Source of the DNA: a bacterium
Lineage (GTDB): Bacteria > Zhuqueibacterota > Zhuqueibacteria > Residuimicrobiales > Residuimicrobiaceae
NCBI GenBank assembly: GCA_035353815.1
Contig: DAOQAG010000002.1
Location: 18,130 to 82,129 of the forward strand
Direction of reading: 5' to 3'
DNA length: 64,000 bases
Part shown: piece by piece, positions 50,782 through 60,611 of the stretch
Position numbering within the stretch: the first letter of the stretch is position 1
Layout of the letters: each line of letters opens with the position of its first letter
Position numbers and translations under genes: made by a program
Notes under the pieces: generated by a model
Databases searched by the model: none
What the model was told of the DNA's origin: nothing
The model's input: the letters and a program-made list of their open reading frames with translations, nothing else

Positions 50782-52713
50782 ATGCATGTTCAGATCTCCA
50801 GGGCGGTGACTCTCCTTGTGCTCGCAGGCGGCACGATGCTCGGTGCGCAGACGGCGGGCAATTGTTTTCTCGAGGATTTTCTGCCGCGAACCGCGATGCT
50901 ACCGCCGTCCCAAACCGCGGTAAAAACTGCGGTATCTCCGGGGGTGACCATTACCATCTCCACCCGCGACACCCTCGCCCGGGTTTCGCCCTATATCTTC
51001 GGCAATGCCCTGGCCGCCTGGGTCGGCAATGATGTGATGAACAAGGTGCTCATCGGCCATATGCAAAAGCTCGCCCCCACCCTGATCCGCTATCCGGGCG
51101 GCAGCTGGGGCGATATCTTTTTCTGGAATGGCGATCCGGGCCACTTGCCCTCCACCATCCCCGATGGCGCCAACAACGGCGCGCCGATTGCCCTCTCGCC
51201 GCAATACGGCGTGAATAGCTGGACGACCACGGTGGCCAACTACTATTCGCTGCGCGATCAGGTCAACGCCACTCAGGGACTGATCACCATCAATTATGGC
51301 TATGCCCGCTATGGCCTCGGCGACAAACCAGCGGAAGAAGCCGCCCATCTCGCCGCCGAATGGGTCCGTCATGATGCCGGCCGCACCCGATTCTGGGAAA
51401 TCGGCAACGAGAACGCCGGTCCGTGGGAGGCGGGCTGGCAAATCGATACCACGCGCAACAAGGACGGCCAACCCAAAATCATCACCGGGGCCTTATATGG
51501 ACGTCACTTCAGGATCTTCGCCGATTCCATGCGCGCTGCCGCGGCTGAACTGGACGAAACCATTTACATCGGCGGACAGATCCTGCACTATGATGGCACA
51601 ACGAGCTGGAATATCGCGGACCGGACCTGGAATGAGGGATTCTTGCGGGAGGTTGGAGATGCCGCTGATTTTTATGTGATGCATAACTATTTCGGCAGCA
51701 CGGGCGTGAGCATGGCCAAAAGCCAGATCGACCTGGCGCGCAATGAGATCAAGAAAAACATCACCTTTATCCGTCAGGATATCGCCCGTCAACAAGCCTT
51801 CAGCAAACCTGTCGCACTGACGGAATGGAACATGGTCGATCACCCCCAGGCCGCAACCTCCATCGCCAACGGCATGCAAGCCGTCGTGCTGACCTGCGAA
51901 ATGATCCAGAACAACTTTGGCATGTCCGCCCGTTGGCTGCTCGTCCACTGGGAGTCGGGCGGGATGTTCTATAAAGGCGCCAATGCCGCCATCCCGGCCT
52001 GGAGTCCGCGCCCCGACTTTTTTTATCTCTACTACCTGCAGCATTTCACCGGGGACCACAGCGTCAAATCGTCGGTCAGCGGCAGCAGCGATATCCTCTC
52101 CTATGCCACCACCTTTGCCTCCGGCGAGCTGGCGGTCGTGATCGTCAACAAGGGCGCCACGGAACAAACCCTGGAGCTGTCGCCGCAAGAGTTCCAGCCG
52201 GGCGACCGCTATTATCTTTATTCGCTCACAGGAACAAGCAACGAACAGTGGGCCCAAAAGGTCACGGTCAATGGCACCGGACCATCCGGAGCAGCCTGGG
52301 GACCGGTCGAGGGACTGGCTCATTTGCCGGCTCTGGCCTATGAAACGGGCGGCGGCATCCGCTTTTCCTCACCGCCGCTCTCGGTGCAATATGTGCTCAT
52401 CAGCAGCCCTGCCGCCGGCGTGACCTCCGCGCCGGCCGGCGCCCCCGAGCACTTTGATCTCGGCCAGAATTATCCCAATCCCTTCAACGCCCGGACGATG
52501 ATCTCGTACGCACTACCCCGTGAGAGTCCGGTGCACCTGCGCGTCCTCGACCTGAACGGCCGTGAGGTCGCGCTTTTGCTCGATGGCAGTGTACAGCAAG
52601 CGGGCGTGCATCGCATCGCCTTCGACGCCAGCCGGCTCAGCAGCGGCCTCTACCTCTGCCGGCTCGAGGCGGGCAGCCGGGCCGCGACGCGCAAGATGCT
52701 GCTGGTCCGGTAA
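50782..52713 (+). CDS. Clan GH-A glycoside hydrolase (GH51-like, possible alpha-L-arabinofuranosidase) with T9SS C-terminal sorting domain
   Basis: Signal peptide; 'IRYPGGSWGD', 'WEIGNENAGPWEAGWQ' (acid/base NE) and 'LTEWNMVDH' (nucleophile E) resemble GH51/clan GH-A. C-terminal 'LGQNYPNPFNARTMISYAL...GLYLCRL' is a T9SS CTD. Confidence 0.6.
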   Translation: MHVQISRAVTLLVLAGGTMLGAQTAGNCFLEDFLPRTAMLPPSQTAVKTAVSPGVTITISTRDTLARVSPYIFGNALAAWVGNDVMNKVLIGHMQKLAPTLIRYPGGSWGDIFFWNGDPGHLPSTIPDGANNGAPIALSPQYGVNSWTTTVANYYSLRDQVNATQGLITINYGYARYGLGDKPAEEAAHLAAEWVRHDAGRTRFWEIGNENAGPWEAGWQIDTTRNKDGQPKIITGALYGRHFRIFADSMRAAAAELDETIYIGGQILHYDGTTSWNIADRTWNEGFLREVGDAADFYVMHNYFGSTGVSMAKSQIDLARNEIKKNITFIRQDIARQQAFSKPVALTEWNMVDHPQAATSIANGMQAVVLTCEMIQNNFGMSARWLLVHWESGGMFYKGANAAIPAWSPRPDFFYLYYLQHFTGDHSVKSSVSGSSDILSYATTFASGELAVVIVNKGATEQTLELSPQEFQPGDRYYLYSLTGTSNEQWAQKVTVNGTGPSGAAWGPVEGLAHLPALAYETGGGIRFSSPPLSVQYVLISSPAAGVTSAPAGAPEHFDLGQNYPNPFNARTMISYALPRESPVHLRVLDLNGREVALLLDGSVQQAGVHRIAFDASRLSSGLYLCRLEAGSRAATRKMLLVR

Positions 52714-52727
52714 GGCCCTAAACGCGT

Positions 52728-52864
52728 GCGCCCACCCGGGTAATTCGGGTGGGCGCCAGATGAACAGGGGCTGCGGCTTGCGGAGCTGCAGTCAAAGGTT
52801 GCATTTGCGCCTGCCAGCATAATCCGGGTGGGCGCCAGATGAATAGGGGCTGTGGCTTCCGCAG
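52728..52864. repeat. Pair of ~45-bp direct repeats, each adjacent to a GC-rich hairpin (REP-like)
   Basis: Copy 1 is at 52741-52785 and copy 2 at 52820-52864 (about 87% identical). A perfect 11-bp hairpin gcgcccacccg/cgggtgggcgc spans 52728-52756. Both lie in the convergent intergenic region without a T-run. Confidence 0.6.
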
Positions 52865-52880
52865 GTACGGCCCGCACAAC

Positions 52881-55334
52881 CTACTCGCTGCGAATCTCCA
52901 CAACTCCCTCCTGCAATCCCTCCGCACGGGCGGTCAGCACGATCGTGCCCGCCTGCTCGTTCGCCCGGACCACACAAAGACACTTGCCGTTGAAGGCCTT
53001 GCGCTGGTCGGCCTTGAAGGACTCCATGCTGGTTTGCAGACCATTGTCAACGCCGGCAATGGTTGCCGGTCCCTGCAGCGAGAACTTGACCAGAGTATCC
53101 GCACGCGGTACCAGCACGCCGTTGGCATCGACAATATCGATGGTGACAAAAGAGAGATCGCGGCCGTCGGCCTTGATGCGGGCGCGGTCGGCCGTCAGCA
53201 CGATCCTGGCCGCAGCGCCGGCCGTCTGCACGCGTTCCTCGAGCACCGGGACTCCGCCCTTGTAGGCCACGGCCTTGAGCGTGCCCGCCGTCCACGGCAC
53301 CCGCCAGACCAGCTGGAAGGTAGCGGCGGTCTTGACCTTTTTGCCCAGGGAGGTTCCGTTCAGGAAAAGCTCCACCTCTTCCTGGTTGGTATAGGCCCAG
53401 ACATCGATGAGTTCACCAGGCTTCCAGTTCCAGTGCGGAAAGAGGTGCAGCATCGGAGCTTTGGTCCATTCCGCCTGGTAAAAGTAATAGCCATCCTTGG
53501 GGAAGCCCGCGAGATCGATCAGGCCGAAATAGGAGCTCCGCGCCGGCCAGGGATAGGGCGTTGGCTCGCCCAGATAGTCAAAGCCGGTCCAGATGAATAT
53601 GCCGGAGACGAAAGGAGAATCCCGTACGATCCGCCAGGTATCAACATGGGTGGAACCCCAGGGAACGTGGCAGTTGTCATAGGCAGAACAGGTCAGATCG
53701 GGATTCATCGGCCCGATTTTGTTCCATTCGATCGGCCAGATCCGCACCGAGTCGGAGGGCATGTCGTAGGATCCCCGCGTGGCGATCGCCGAGTTGGTCT
53801 CGCTGGCGACCAGTTTCAGTCCCGGGTACTGCTTCGGGAAGTTCGGCAGGTCCTTCTCATGATAATTGCGGCCGACAATGTCCAGGGCACCGGAACGGAT
53901 GAGGCGGTTCTGCAAGGAGGGATCATTACAGGCCGAGGTGATCGGCCGCGTCGGATCGAGGCCGCGGACGATGCCGGCCAGCTCCTGCGCCATGGCGGTG
54001 CCGCTGTCGTCCCACTGCTCGGGGATCTCATTGCCAATGCTCCACAACACTACACTCGGGTGGTTGCGGTCGCGCAGGATCAGATCTTCGAGATCGCGGC
54101 GGTGCCATTCATCCCAGTCGAGATGATAGTCGAAGGGATTCTTCTCCATCTTCCACATATCAAAGGCCTCGTCCATCACCAGAAATCCCATCCTGTCGCA
54201 GAGATCGAGCAGCTCGGGGGCCGGAGGATTGTGCGAGGTGCGGATCGCATTGCAGCCCATAGCCTTGAGCAGCTCGAGCTGCCGCTCGAGGGCGCGCTCA
54301 TTGACCGCCGCGCCCAGACAGCCGAGGTCGTGGTGATTGCACACACCAAGCAGTTTCATCGCCACACCGTTGAGGGAAAATCCCTTCTCGAGATCGAAAA
54401 CGAAGCTGCGGATGCCAAAGCTCGTCTCGCAGCGATCCTCTTCCCCGCCCTGCGCCCGGATCCGGGTGACCGCGCGGTAAAGGACCGGGCTGGCCACCGA
54501 CCAGAGCGCAGGCTGTGGTAGTGCCGTTTTCTGCTCGACCGTGGCCGCCGCACCCGGCTGCAGGTTCTTTTCATCGCGCAGGGTCGCCACCCTCTTGCCG
54601 GCAGGATCGACGATATCGGTCTCCACCGTCACCTGCTGCGCCTGTTCCGTGGCATTGCATACCCGCGTCTGCAGCCGGATCTCCGCCTTTTCCGCCGAAA
54701 CCACCGGCGTGGAGACCCAGGTGCCCCAATGATCGACGTGGATGCGCCCGGTGACGGTCAGCCAGACATTGCGATATATGCCCGAGCCGGAATACCAGCG
54801 GGAATTGGGCTGCTGCGAATTGTCGACGCGCACGGCCACAAGATTGGCACGGGCGCCGAACCGGAGCCACGGGGTGAGCTCGTAACGGAACGAGCTGTAG
54901 CCGTAGGGCCGCTTGCCGAGGTAATGGCCATTGATCCAGACCTCGGCGTTGCGGTAGACGCCGTCGAAATCGATAAAGATGCTGCGGCCCGAGTCGCCTG
55001 ACGCCAGCGCAAAGCTCTTGCGGTACCAGCCGATGCCGCCCGGCAAGGCGCCGCCACCGGTGGTAGCGGGATTATTCTGGTCGAAGCTCCCCTCGATGCT
55101 CCAGTCATGCGGCAGGTCGAGGGTGCGCCATCCGCTGTCGGCGAAACCGGGTTCCTGGGCGCCGGGAAGATCTCCGAGGTTGAATTTCCATGCCTTGGTG
55201 AATCGCTCGATACGGCGCGACGGCGCCGCGGGGCCGGCGCAGCCGCTCGCTAGGGCGGCCAACGCCGCCAGCAGGGCAAATGAGAGAGAGATGGCCATCT
55301 TGCGCGGGATTTTCATGGTGTTCCTCTTCTTCAC
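52881..55334 (-). CDS. GH2 family beta-galactosidase-like glycoside hydrolase (lipoprotein signal)
   Basis: Lipobox 'LASGCAG'. Present are a GH2 sugar-binding N-domain ('WRTLDLPHDWSIEG'), an Ig-like domain, and a TIM barrel with 'NHPSVVLWSIGNE' acid/base and nucleophile regions. 817 aa. Confidence 0.8.
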   Translation of the reverse strand: MKKRNTMKIPRKMAISLSFALLAALAALASGCAGPAAPSRRIERFTKAWKFNLGDLPGAQEPGFADSGWRTLDLPHDWSIEGSFDQNNPATTGGGALPGGIGWYRKSFALASGDSGRSIFIDFDGVYRNAEVWINGHYLGKRPYGYSSFRYELTPWLRFGARANLVAVRVDNSQQPNSRWYSGSGIYRNVWLTVTGRIHVDHWGTWVSTPVVSAEKAEIRLQTRVCNATEQAQQVTVETDIVDPAGKRVATLRDEKNLQPGAAATVEQKTALPQPALWSVASPVLYRAVTRIRAQGGEEDRCETSFGIRSFVFDLEKGFSLNGVAMKLLGVCNHHDLGCLGAAVNERALERQLELLKAMGCNAIRTSHNPPAPELLDLCDRMGFLVMDEAFDMWKMEKNPFDYHLDWDEWHRRDLEDLILRDRNHPSVVLWSIGNEIPEQWDDSGTAMAQELAGIVRGLDPTRPITSACNDPSLQNRLIRSGALDIVGRNYHEKDLPNFPKQYPGLKLVASETNSAIATRGSYDMPSDSVRIWPIEWNKIGPMNPDLTCSAYDNCHVPWGSTHVDTWRIVRDSPFVSGIFIWTGFDYLGEPTPYPWPARSSYFGLIDLAGFPKDGYYFYQAEWTKAPMLHLFPHWNWKPGELIDVWAYTNQEEVELFLNGTSLGKKVKTAATFQLVWRVPWTAGTLKAVAYKGGVPVLEERVQTAGAAARIVLTADRARIKADGRDLSFVTIDIVDANGVLVPRADTLVKFSLQGPATIAGVDNGLQTSMESFKADQRKAFNGKCLCVVRANEQAGTIVLTARAEGLQEGVVEIRSE

Positions 55335-58177
55335 GGGTTCATGGGGACGGTCGTGGCCGCACCGCTATAGCGGACGGTGGCGGAGGGCACCGCCGCGAAA
55401 TCGAGCGGCATCGGATGTTGTTCGCTGACCCAGACGATCTCGAAGGTGCGCTCGCGGAGCATGCCGGGGAATTCGCCCTGACGCGCGCCCAGGGTCAGCT
55501 TGCGCTCCTTCTCCGACCAGGTGATCGGAAGCGTGGCATATTGCCCCTGCTCATAGTTGTAATTGATCCCCTCATCCTCATAGAGGGTGAACGAGCCATC
55601 CCGGCCGGTATAGACATAAAGGCGGATGGGATCGGCGGGTTTTTCCATCACATACTGCAGCTCCGGGCCGAAGGGGAGGATCGCCCCTTCGCGCACGTAC
55701 AACGGGATCTCGCTCAACGGCGCATCCGCGGTAATCTCGCGCCCGCCCGCGATGAATTGCCCCGACTTGAGCGCATACCAGCCGGTGCCGGCCGGGAGAT
55801 AGAGCATGCGGGTGCGCGCCATGTAGGTGGTGACCGGATTGACCAGGATCGACGGACCGAACATGTATTGATCGCCGATCGCGCGGACCTTCAGGTCCCC
55901 GGGGAAATCCATGACCAGGGCGCGCATGAAGGTATAGTCGTGCAGGGTCACCTGTGCGGCCAGGGAGTAAATGTAGGGCAGCATGCGGTAGCGCAGCTGA
56001 TCGTAGGCGAGCATGGCCTGGTAGGCCGGGTGCCCGGCCGGAGCAATGTTAAACATTTCGCGATAGGGATACTCGCCATGGACGCGCAGCAGCGGCACAA
56101 AGGTTCCGAACTGGAACCAGCGGGCATTGAGCTCGCGCCATTCCTCGAGGTCCTCGGGCTTGACATTGCGTTCAAAGCGCGGCTCGACCGAGAAACCGCC
56201 GATATCCATGGTCCACCAGGGCACACCGGAGAGGTTGAAATTGAGCCCGGCGGAGATCTGCGCCTTGAGATCATACCACCGTGTGACGATATCGCCGCTC
56301 CAGGTGGCGGCAGCATAGCGCTGCTGGCCGGCGAAGACCGAGCGCGTGAGGATGAAGACCCGCTGGTCCGGCCGGGTCTCGCGCTGATGCTCGTAAATGC
56401 CGCCCGAATGGACCAGGGTGTAGCTGTTGAGGTAACGCGAAGAGGAGCCCAGTCCGGTCGGGCCAATACGCCGCCGGGTCTCCTCGAGCGAGAGGTTGCT
56501 GTGGATGTCCGGTTCGGTGGCGTCGAGCCACCAGGCATCGAAGCCCTTGCTGAAGAGATGGGTATTGATCTGATCCCAGTAGAGCTGGCGCGCCTCAGGG
56601 CGATAGGGGTCATAGAAGGAGCTGGTGTAGCCCGGGCCCACCCAGTCGCGTTCTTTCACCTGGACGTTGCGGGGATAGAGCCAGCCGCGGTCCGCGAAGG
56701 CCTGATAGTTGGCCGTGCCGATGTAGAATTTGGGCCAGACCGAGATCATGATCTGGGTGTGCAGATCCCGGTGGAGCTGGTCGACCATGCCTTTGGGATC
56801 GGGGAAACGGGCGGGATCGAATTCATGGCTGCCCCACTGGTCTTCCTTCCAGTAGAACCAGTCGAGGACGATATTGTCGAAGGGGATCTTGCGGGCGCGG
56901 AACTCCCGGACGACCGAGAGAATCTCCTCCTGCGAGGTGTAGCGCTGGCGGCTTTGCCACAAGCCGAGGGCCCATTTGGGCATCATCGGCGCATGTCCGG
57001 TGAGGGTGCGATAGCCATGGATCACCTCATCGAGGTTGCGGCCATGGACGAAATAATAGTCGATCTGATCGCCGATCTGGGACCACAGCGAGAGGCTGTT
57101 CGGCGGCGTGATCCGGTCGGGGGGCAGATAGGTGAGGCCGATATAGCCGCCCATGTGAATCCATTCGATGCGGAGATCATAGCGTTTGCCGGCGATCATC
57201 TGCAGGCGCGGCAGGGTGGTCCAGGGCAGCCAGTTCTGGCGGTAGCCGTCGGCGACCAGTTTGCCGTCCAGCCACATCCGGTAAAAACCGGAGGCATAGA
57301 GGCGGAACTTGAACTCGCCGCTCTCCGGCGCTTCGATCAGCCCGGAGTAGCGCACGCTGCCGACCTGCTCCTTGAACCCGTCGGGATAGGAATCGTTGAC
57401 ATCGATGAATTCGTGGGCGATGCGCGGTTCGGTGCGCTCGGTGAAGAGGTTGGTGAAATCGGTGTTGCGGAAATACTCGGCGCTGAGGCCGCCGGCAAGC
57501 CCCTTCCGGTCATAGAGTTTGAGTCCGGAGAGCTGCTGAAAATCGCGGGTATCACCGAACCGGGTCTGCGAGGTATTGTCCCAGAGCAGCCCGTAATTCC
57601 TGCTCGAAACCAGAAAGGGATTGACGTCGAGGATGTTGAGCTGAAAAAGATCGACATCCTGTCCTTTGTAGTTCATCATCTCATTCTGCTGCTCGCCGAG
57701 GCCGTAAAAGGCCTCATCGGCCGGCGAATGGAAGAGCTGCTGGATGTGGTCGGCCTGCTCTTCCATGACCACCGCCGGGGTGAAGATGCGACCGTTGGCG
57801 CGCTCGGCCAGGATCAGCTTGCCGGTGCGGTCATAAAAAGAGACGGCCCCGGTGGTCTTGTGGACCCGGACGCGGAGTTTGGCGGTGGTCACTTCGAGGT
57901 AGAGGCCCCGCTCTTTGACGCGCCAGGCCGGGACGGCTTCGCGCAGCGGCACGCGCATCAGGCTGGGCCGGGCCGAAAAGGTATCAGCCGGTGAGGCGAC
58001 GACGCGGATGAGTTCGTCGCCGCAGACCTCGATCTTGAGACGGGCGGTCCCGGAAGCCAGCTTTTTGTCGAGATGGAGGAGCAGGCCGTCGGGGAGTGTT
58101 TCATAGCTGAAGGCGGCAGACGCCAAAGAAAAAAGCAGGGCGGCCGCGAGCAGGATCAGGGTGGGAGCGCGACGCAT
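55331..58177 (-). CDS. GH31 family alpha-glucosidase/alpha-xylosidase with PA14 insert
   Basis: Signal peptide 'MRRAPTLILLAAALLFSLASAA'. PA14-like segment 'GGLSAEYFRNTDF...FKFRLYASGFYRMWLDGKLV'. GH31 catalytic region 'DIVLDWFYWKEDQWGSHEFD' and 'WSGDI'. Confidence 0.8.
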   Translation of the reverse strand: MRRAPTLILLAAALLFSLASAAFSYETLPDGLLLHLDKKLASGTARLKIEVCGDELIRVVASPADTFSARPSLMRVPLREAVPAWRVKERGLYLEVTTAKLRVRVHKTTGAVSFYDRTGKLILAERANGRIFTPAVVMEEQADHIQQLFHSPADEAFYGLGEQQNEMMNYKGQDVDLFQLNILDVNPFLVSSRNYGLLWDNTSQTRFGDTRDFQQLSGLKLYDRKGLAGGLSAEYFRNTDFTNLFTERTEPRIAHEFIDVNDSYPDGFKEQVGSVRYSGLIEAPESGEFKFRLYASGFYRMWLDGKLVADGYRQNWLPWTTLPRLQMIAGKRYDLRIEWIHMGGYIGLTYLPPDRITPPNSLSLWSQIGDQIDYYFVHGRNLDEVIHGYRTLTGHAPMMPKWALGLWQSRQRYTSQEEILSVVREFRARKIPFDNIVLDWFYWKEDQWGSHEFDPARFPDPKGMVDQLHRDLHTQIMISVWPKFYIGTANYQAFADRGWLYPRNVQVKERDWVGPGYTSSFYDPYRPEARQLYWDQINTHLFSKGFDAWWLDATEPDIHSNLSLEETRRRIGPTGLGSSSRYLNSYTLVHSGGIYEHQRETRPDQRVFILTRSVFAGQQRYAAATWSGDIVTRWYDLKAQISAGLNFNLSGVPWWTMDIGGFSVEPRFERNVKPEDLEEWRELNARWFQFGTFVPLLRVHGEYPYREMFNIAPAGHPAYQAMLAYDQLRYRMLPYIYSLAAQVTLHDYTFMRALVMDFPGDLKVRAIGDQYMFGPSILVNPVTTYMARTRMLYLPAGTGWYALKSGQFIAGGREITADAPLSEIPLYVREGAILPFGPELQYVMEKPADPIRLYVYTGRDGSFTLYEDEGINYNYEQGQYATLPITWSEKERKLTLGARQGEFPGMLRERTFEIVWVSEQHPMPLDFAAVPSATVRYSGAATTVPMNP

Positions 58178-58344
58178 GAATTCTTCCTTTCCTCGATTGG
58201 TAAATACAGCAGGAGGCCCGGCGCGGGCCGGCTGTTCAATATACAAACAAGAAGTTAAAAAAGCCAAGAATAATCCTTTGATTTGGCCCCGAATTGTCGT
58301 ATATTGACAAATGATTCATTATTCACAATACTGAGAACCACTGC

Positions 58345-58950
58345 ATGCGCACCAAAGAAGGCAACAAGGAGCAGGATATCCTCCAGGCGGCCATCCTGCT
58401 TTTCTCCGAAAACGGGTATCACAAAACCAGGATGTCCACCATCGCCGATCAGGCGGGCGTGGCCACTGGCAGCGTCTATCTCTACTTCGCCAGCAAAGAG
58501 GAGATCCTCGACCGCATCTTCCACGATCTCTGGAAGCGCCTCGCCGCGGAGATCGAGACCCTGACACTGCGCCTGGATCTCGAGCCCGCGCAAAAACTGG
58601 ACCGGCTCTTCGATTCCATCTTTGGCCTCTTTATCAACAAGCCGGCCCTGGCCCTGGTTTTTGTCAACGAGCAGAACCACCTCCTGCTCCATCAGGACAA
58701 CGCCTTTATGCCCTATTATGAACGCTTCCTCGCCATCGCCCAGGAGATCCTGATCGAAGGCACGGAGCAGGGCATCTTCCGCCAGGATATCGACTTCCGG
58801 ATCACCCGGCTCTTTTTCTTTGGCGGCATCCGTTACCTGATCCACCAATGGGCCCAGAATCCCGAACAGATCTCCCTCACTGGCATCTGCCAGGAAGTAA
58901 AAACCATCGTGCACAAGGGCATCCAGGTGCGCGATAGCGACGGTACCTGA
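58345..58950 (+). CDS. TetR/AcrR family transcriptional regulator
   Basis: N-terminal HTH 'ILQAAILLFSENGYHKTRMSTIADQAGVATGSVYLYFASKEEIL' is followed by a helical ligand-binding domain. It sits upstream of the efflux operon. Confidence 0.8.
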   Translation: MRTKEGNKEQDILQAAILLFSENGYHKTRMSTIADQAGVATGSVYLYFASKEEILDRIFHDLWKRLAAEIETLTLRLDLEPAQKLDRLFDSIFGLFINKPALALVFVNEQNHLLLHQDNAFMPYYERFLAIAQEILIEGTEQGIFRQDIDFRITRLFFFGGIRYLIHQWAQNPEQISLTGICQEVKTIVHKGIQVRDSDGT

Positions 58951-59095
58951 CCTCGCCTGCGCTGCCCCGTGCGCACATGGCCCCGACCACTCAAATCCGC
59001 AACCGTTCGCACGCACCAGCACCGGCCCGGCGGGGGCCGAACAGCGTCACTTTATTAATGTAGAAATATTCATTATTAATCCGGAGTCCACTCCC

Positions 59096-60559
59096 ATGTC
59101 GTTGATCAAACCAAGTATCGTCACTCTTCTGGCGGCTCTGCTCCTGCCGTCGCTGCTTCCCGCGCAATCGCTGACTCTCGAGGAGGCGATCCAGGCGGCG
59201 CTGCGCGGCAATGAGCGCATCCGCCAGTACGAAGAGCGCCTCCAGCAAAAGCGACAGGCCAACAAGTCCGCCTGGGGTAACTTTCTCCCCAGCGCCAGGG
59301 TGCAGGCGAGCTACAATCACCTCGACGAGCCGCTCGCCATCGACCTCGATCCCATTCGTGAGGCCATCATCACCATCCAGGCCGGAAACCAGACCGAGAT
59401 GGCCAACATCTATACGCTGCTCCAGGGCCAGGCCCCTCTCGGCGCCGCGCAGCGCCAGGCCCTGAACCAAAAGTATACGGCAACGCTGGATGGCCTGCTG
59501 CCGCCCTTCTCGGAGACTCTCAAAAAGCAGGACTATCCCAGCGCCGCCCTGGTCGGGGTGCAGCCGCTTTTCATGGGCGGCAAATTGATCGCCGCCAAAA
59601 AATATGCCTCTGCGGAGGAGGAGGCCGCGTCCGCCGAGCTCGTCCAGACGCGCCATCAGGTTCTCCGGCAGGCGGCGAGCGCCTATTTCACCGTGGCCCT
59701 GCTGCAGCAGGTCGTTGCCACGCGCACCGACGTGCTGGCGGGAATGCAACGCCATCGCCAGGATGCCCAGCGTCTCTTTGACGAAGGCCTCATCGCCCGC
59801 TACCATCTGCTGCGGGCGGAAGTGGCCGTGGCCGATGCCGAGCGCAATCTCCTCGATGACCAGAACAAACTCGAGCTGGCGCGCATATCGCTGGCCAATA
59901 CCCTCGGGATGGAGTCCACCTCCCCGCTGGTGGCTGCCGACAGTCTGGTGTTCAACGCCGCCGCCGATTCACTCGTCGGGATGAAGCGCTCGGCCCAGGA
60001 GAACCAGCCGCTGCTGCAAATGGTTGCGATGAAAAAACGAGCGGCACGGCAGAAATCTGCGGTAGCTCGAGCCGAATTGCTGCCGGAGGTGGCCGGTTTC
60101 GGCAAATATGAGATGTATCCGGAGTATCTCTCGGCCCTGGAGCCGCGCTGGGTCGTGGGCGTGCAGGCCAACTGGACGCTGTTCAACGGTTTCAAGCGGA
60201 TGCATGCTCTCCAGGAGTCGGCGCATCTCGAACGCGAGGTCGAGCATATCCAGAAGGATGCGCAGCAGCAGGTCGATCTGTGGGTGAACAAGGCATGGCG
60301 GGATGCGGCCAATGCCCGCGCGCGCTATGACAAGCTGGCGGCCACGTTGGCGCTGGCGGATGAAAATCTCCGGCTCAACGACAAGCGTTTCCAGTCGGGC
60401 CTGGGCACCTCGTTGGAGGTGGTGGATGCCCGTCTGGCCCAGGAGCGCATCCTTCTGGAGCGCCTGAGCTCGTTGCACGCCTATTATTCGGCTCTGGCGG
60501 ATCTCTATGTCGCCGCCGGCAAGCCCGACCAGTTGCTGGCCGTATGGAACCGGCATTAA
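59096..60559 (+). CDS. TolC family outer-membrane efflux protein
   Basis: Signal peptide; duplicated OEP repeats begin with 'LTLEEAIQAALRGNERIRQYEE'; 487 aa. Confidence 0.8.
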   Translation: MSLIKPSIVTLLAALLLPSLLPAQSLTLEEAIQAALRGNERIRQYEERLQQKRQANKSAWGNFLPSARVQASYNHLDEPLAIDLDPIREAIITIQAGNQTEMANIYTLLQGQAPLGAAQRQALNQKYTATLDGLLPPFSETLKKQDYPSAALVGVQPLFMGGKLIAAKKYASAEEEAASAELVQTRHQVLRQAASAYFTVALLQQVVATRTDVLAGMQRHRQDAQRLFDEGLIARYHLLRAEVAVADAERNLLDDQNKLELARISLANTLGMESTSPLVAADSLVFNAAADSLVGMKRSAQENQPLLQMVAMKKRAARQKSAVARAELLPEVAGFGKYEMYPEYLSALEPRWVVGVQANWTLFNGFKRMHALQESAHLEREVEHIQKDAQQQVDLWVNKAWRDAANARARYDKLAATLALADENLRLNDKRFQSGLGTSLEVVDARLAQERILLERLSSLHAYYSALADLYVAAGKPDQLLAVWNRH

Positions 60560-60611
60560 GTTGCGAATCCCTGCTTTATCAACCGCCGGCATACCGGCTG
60601 GAGGAAATCCG

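Noticed and set aside
55280-57994. 904-aa plus-strand ORF antisense to GH31
   Set aside because: The minus strand shows GH31 catalytic motifs and a PA14 domain. The plus-strand product is featureless.
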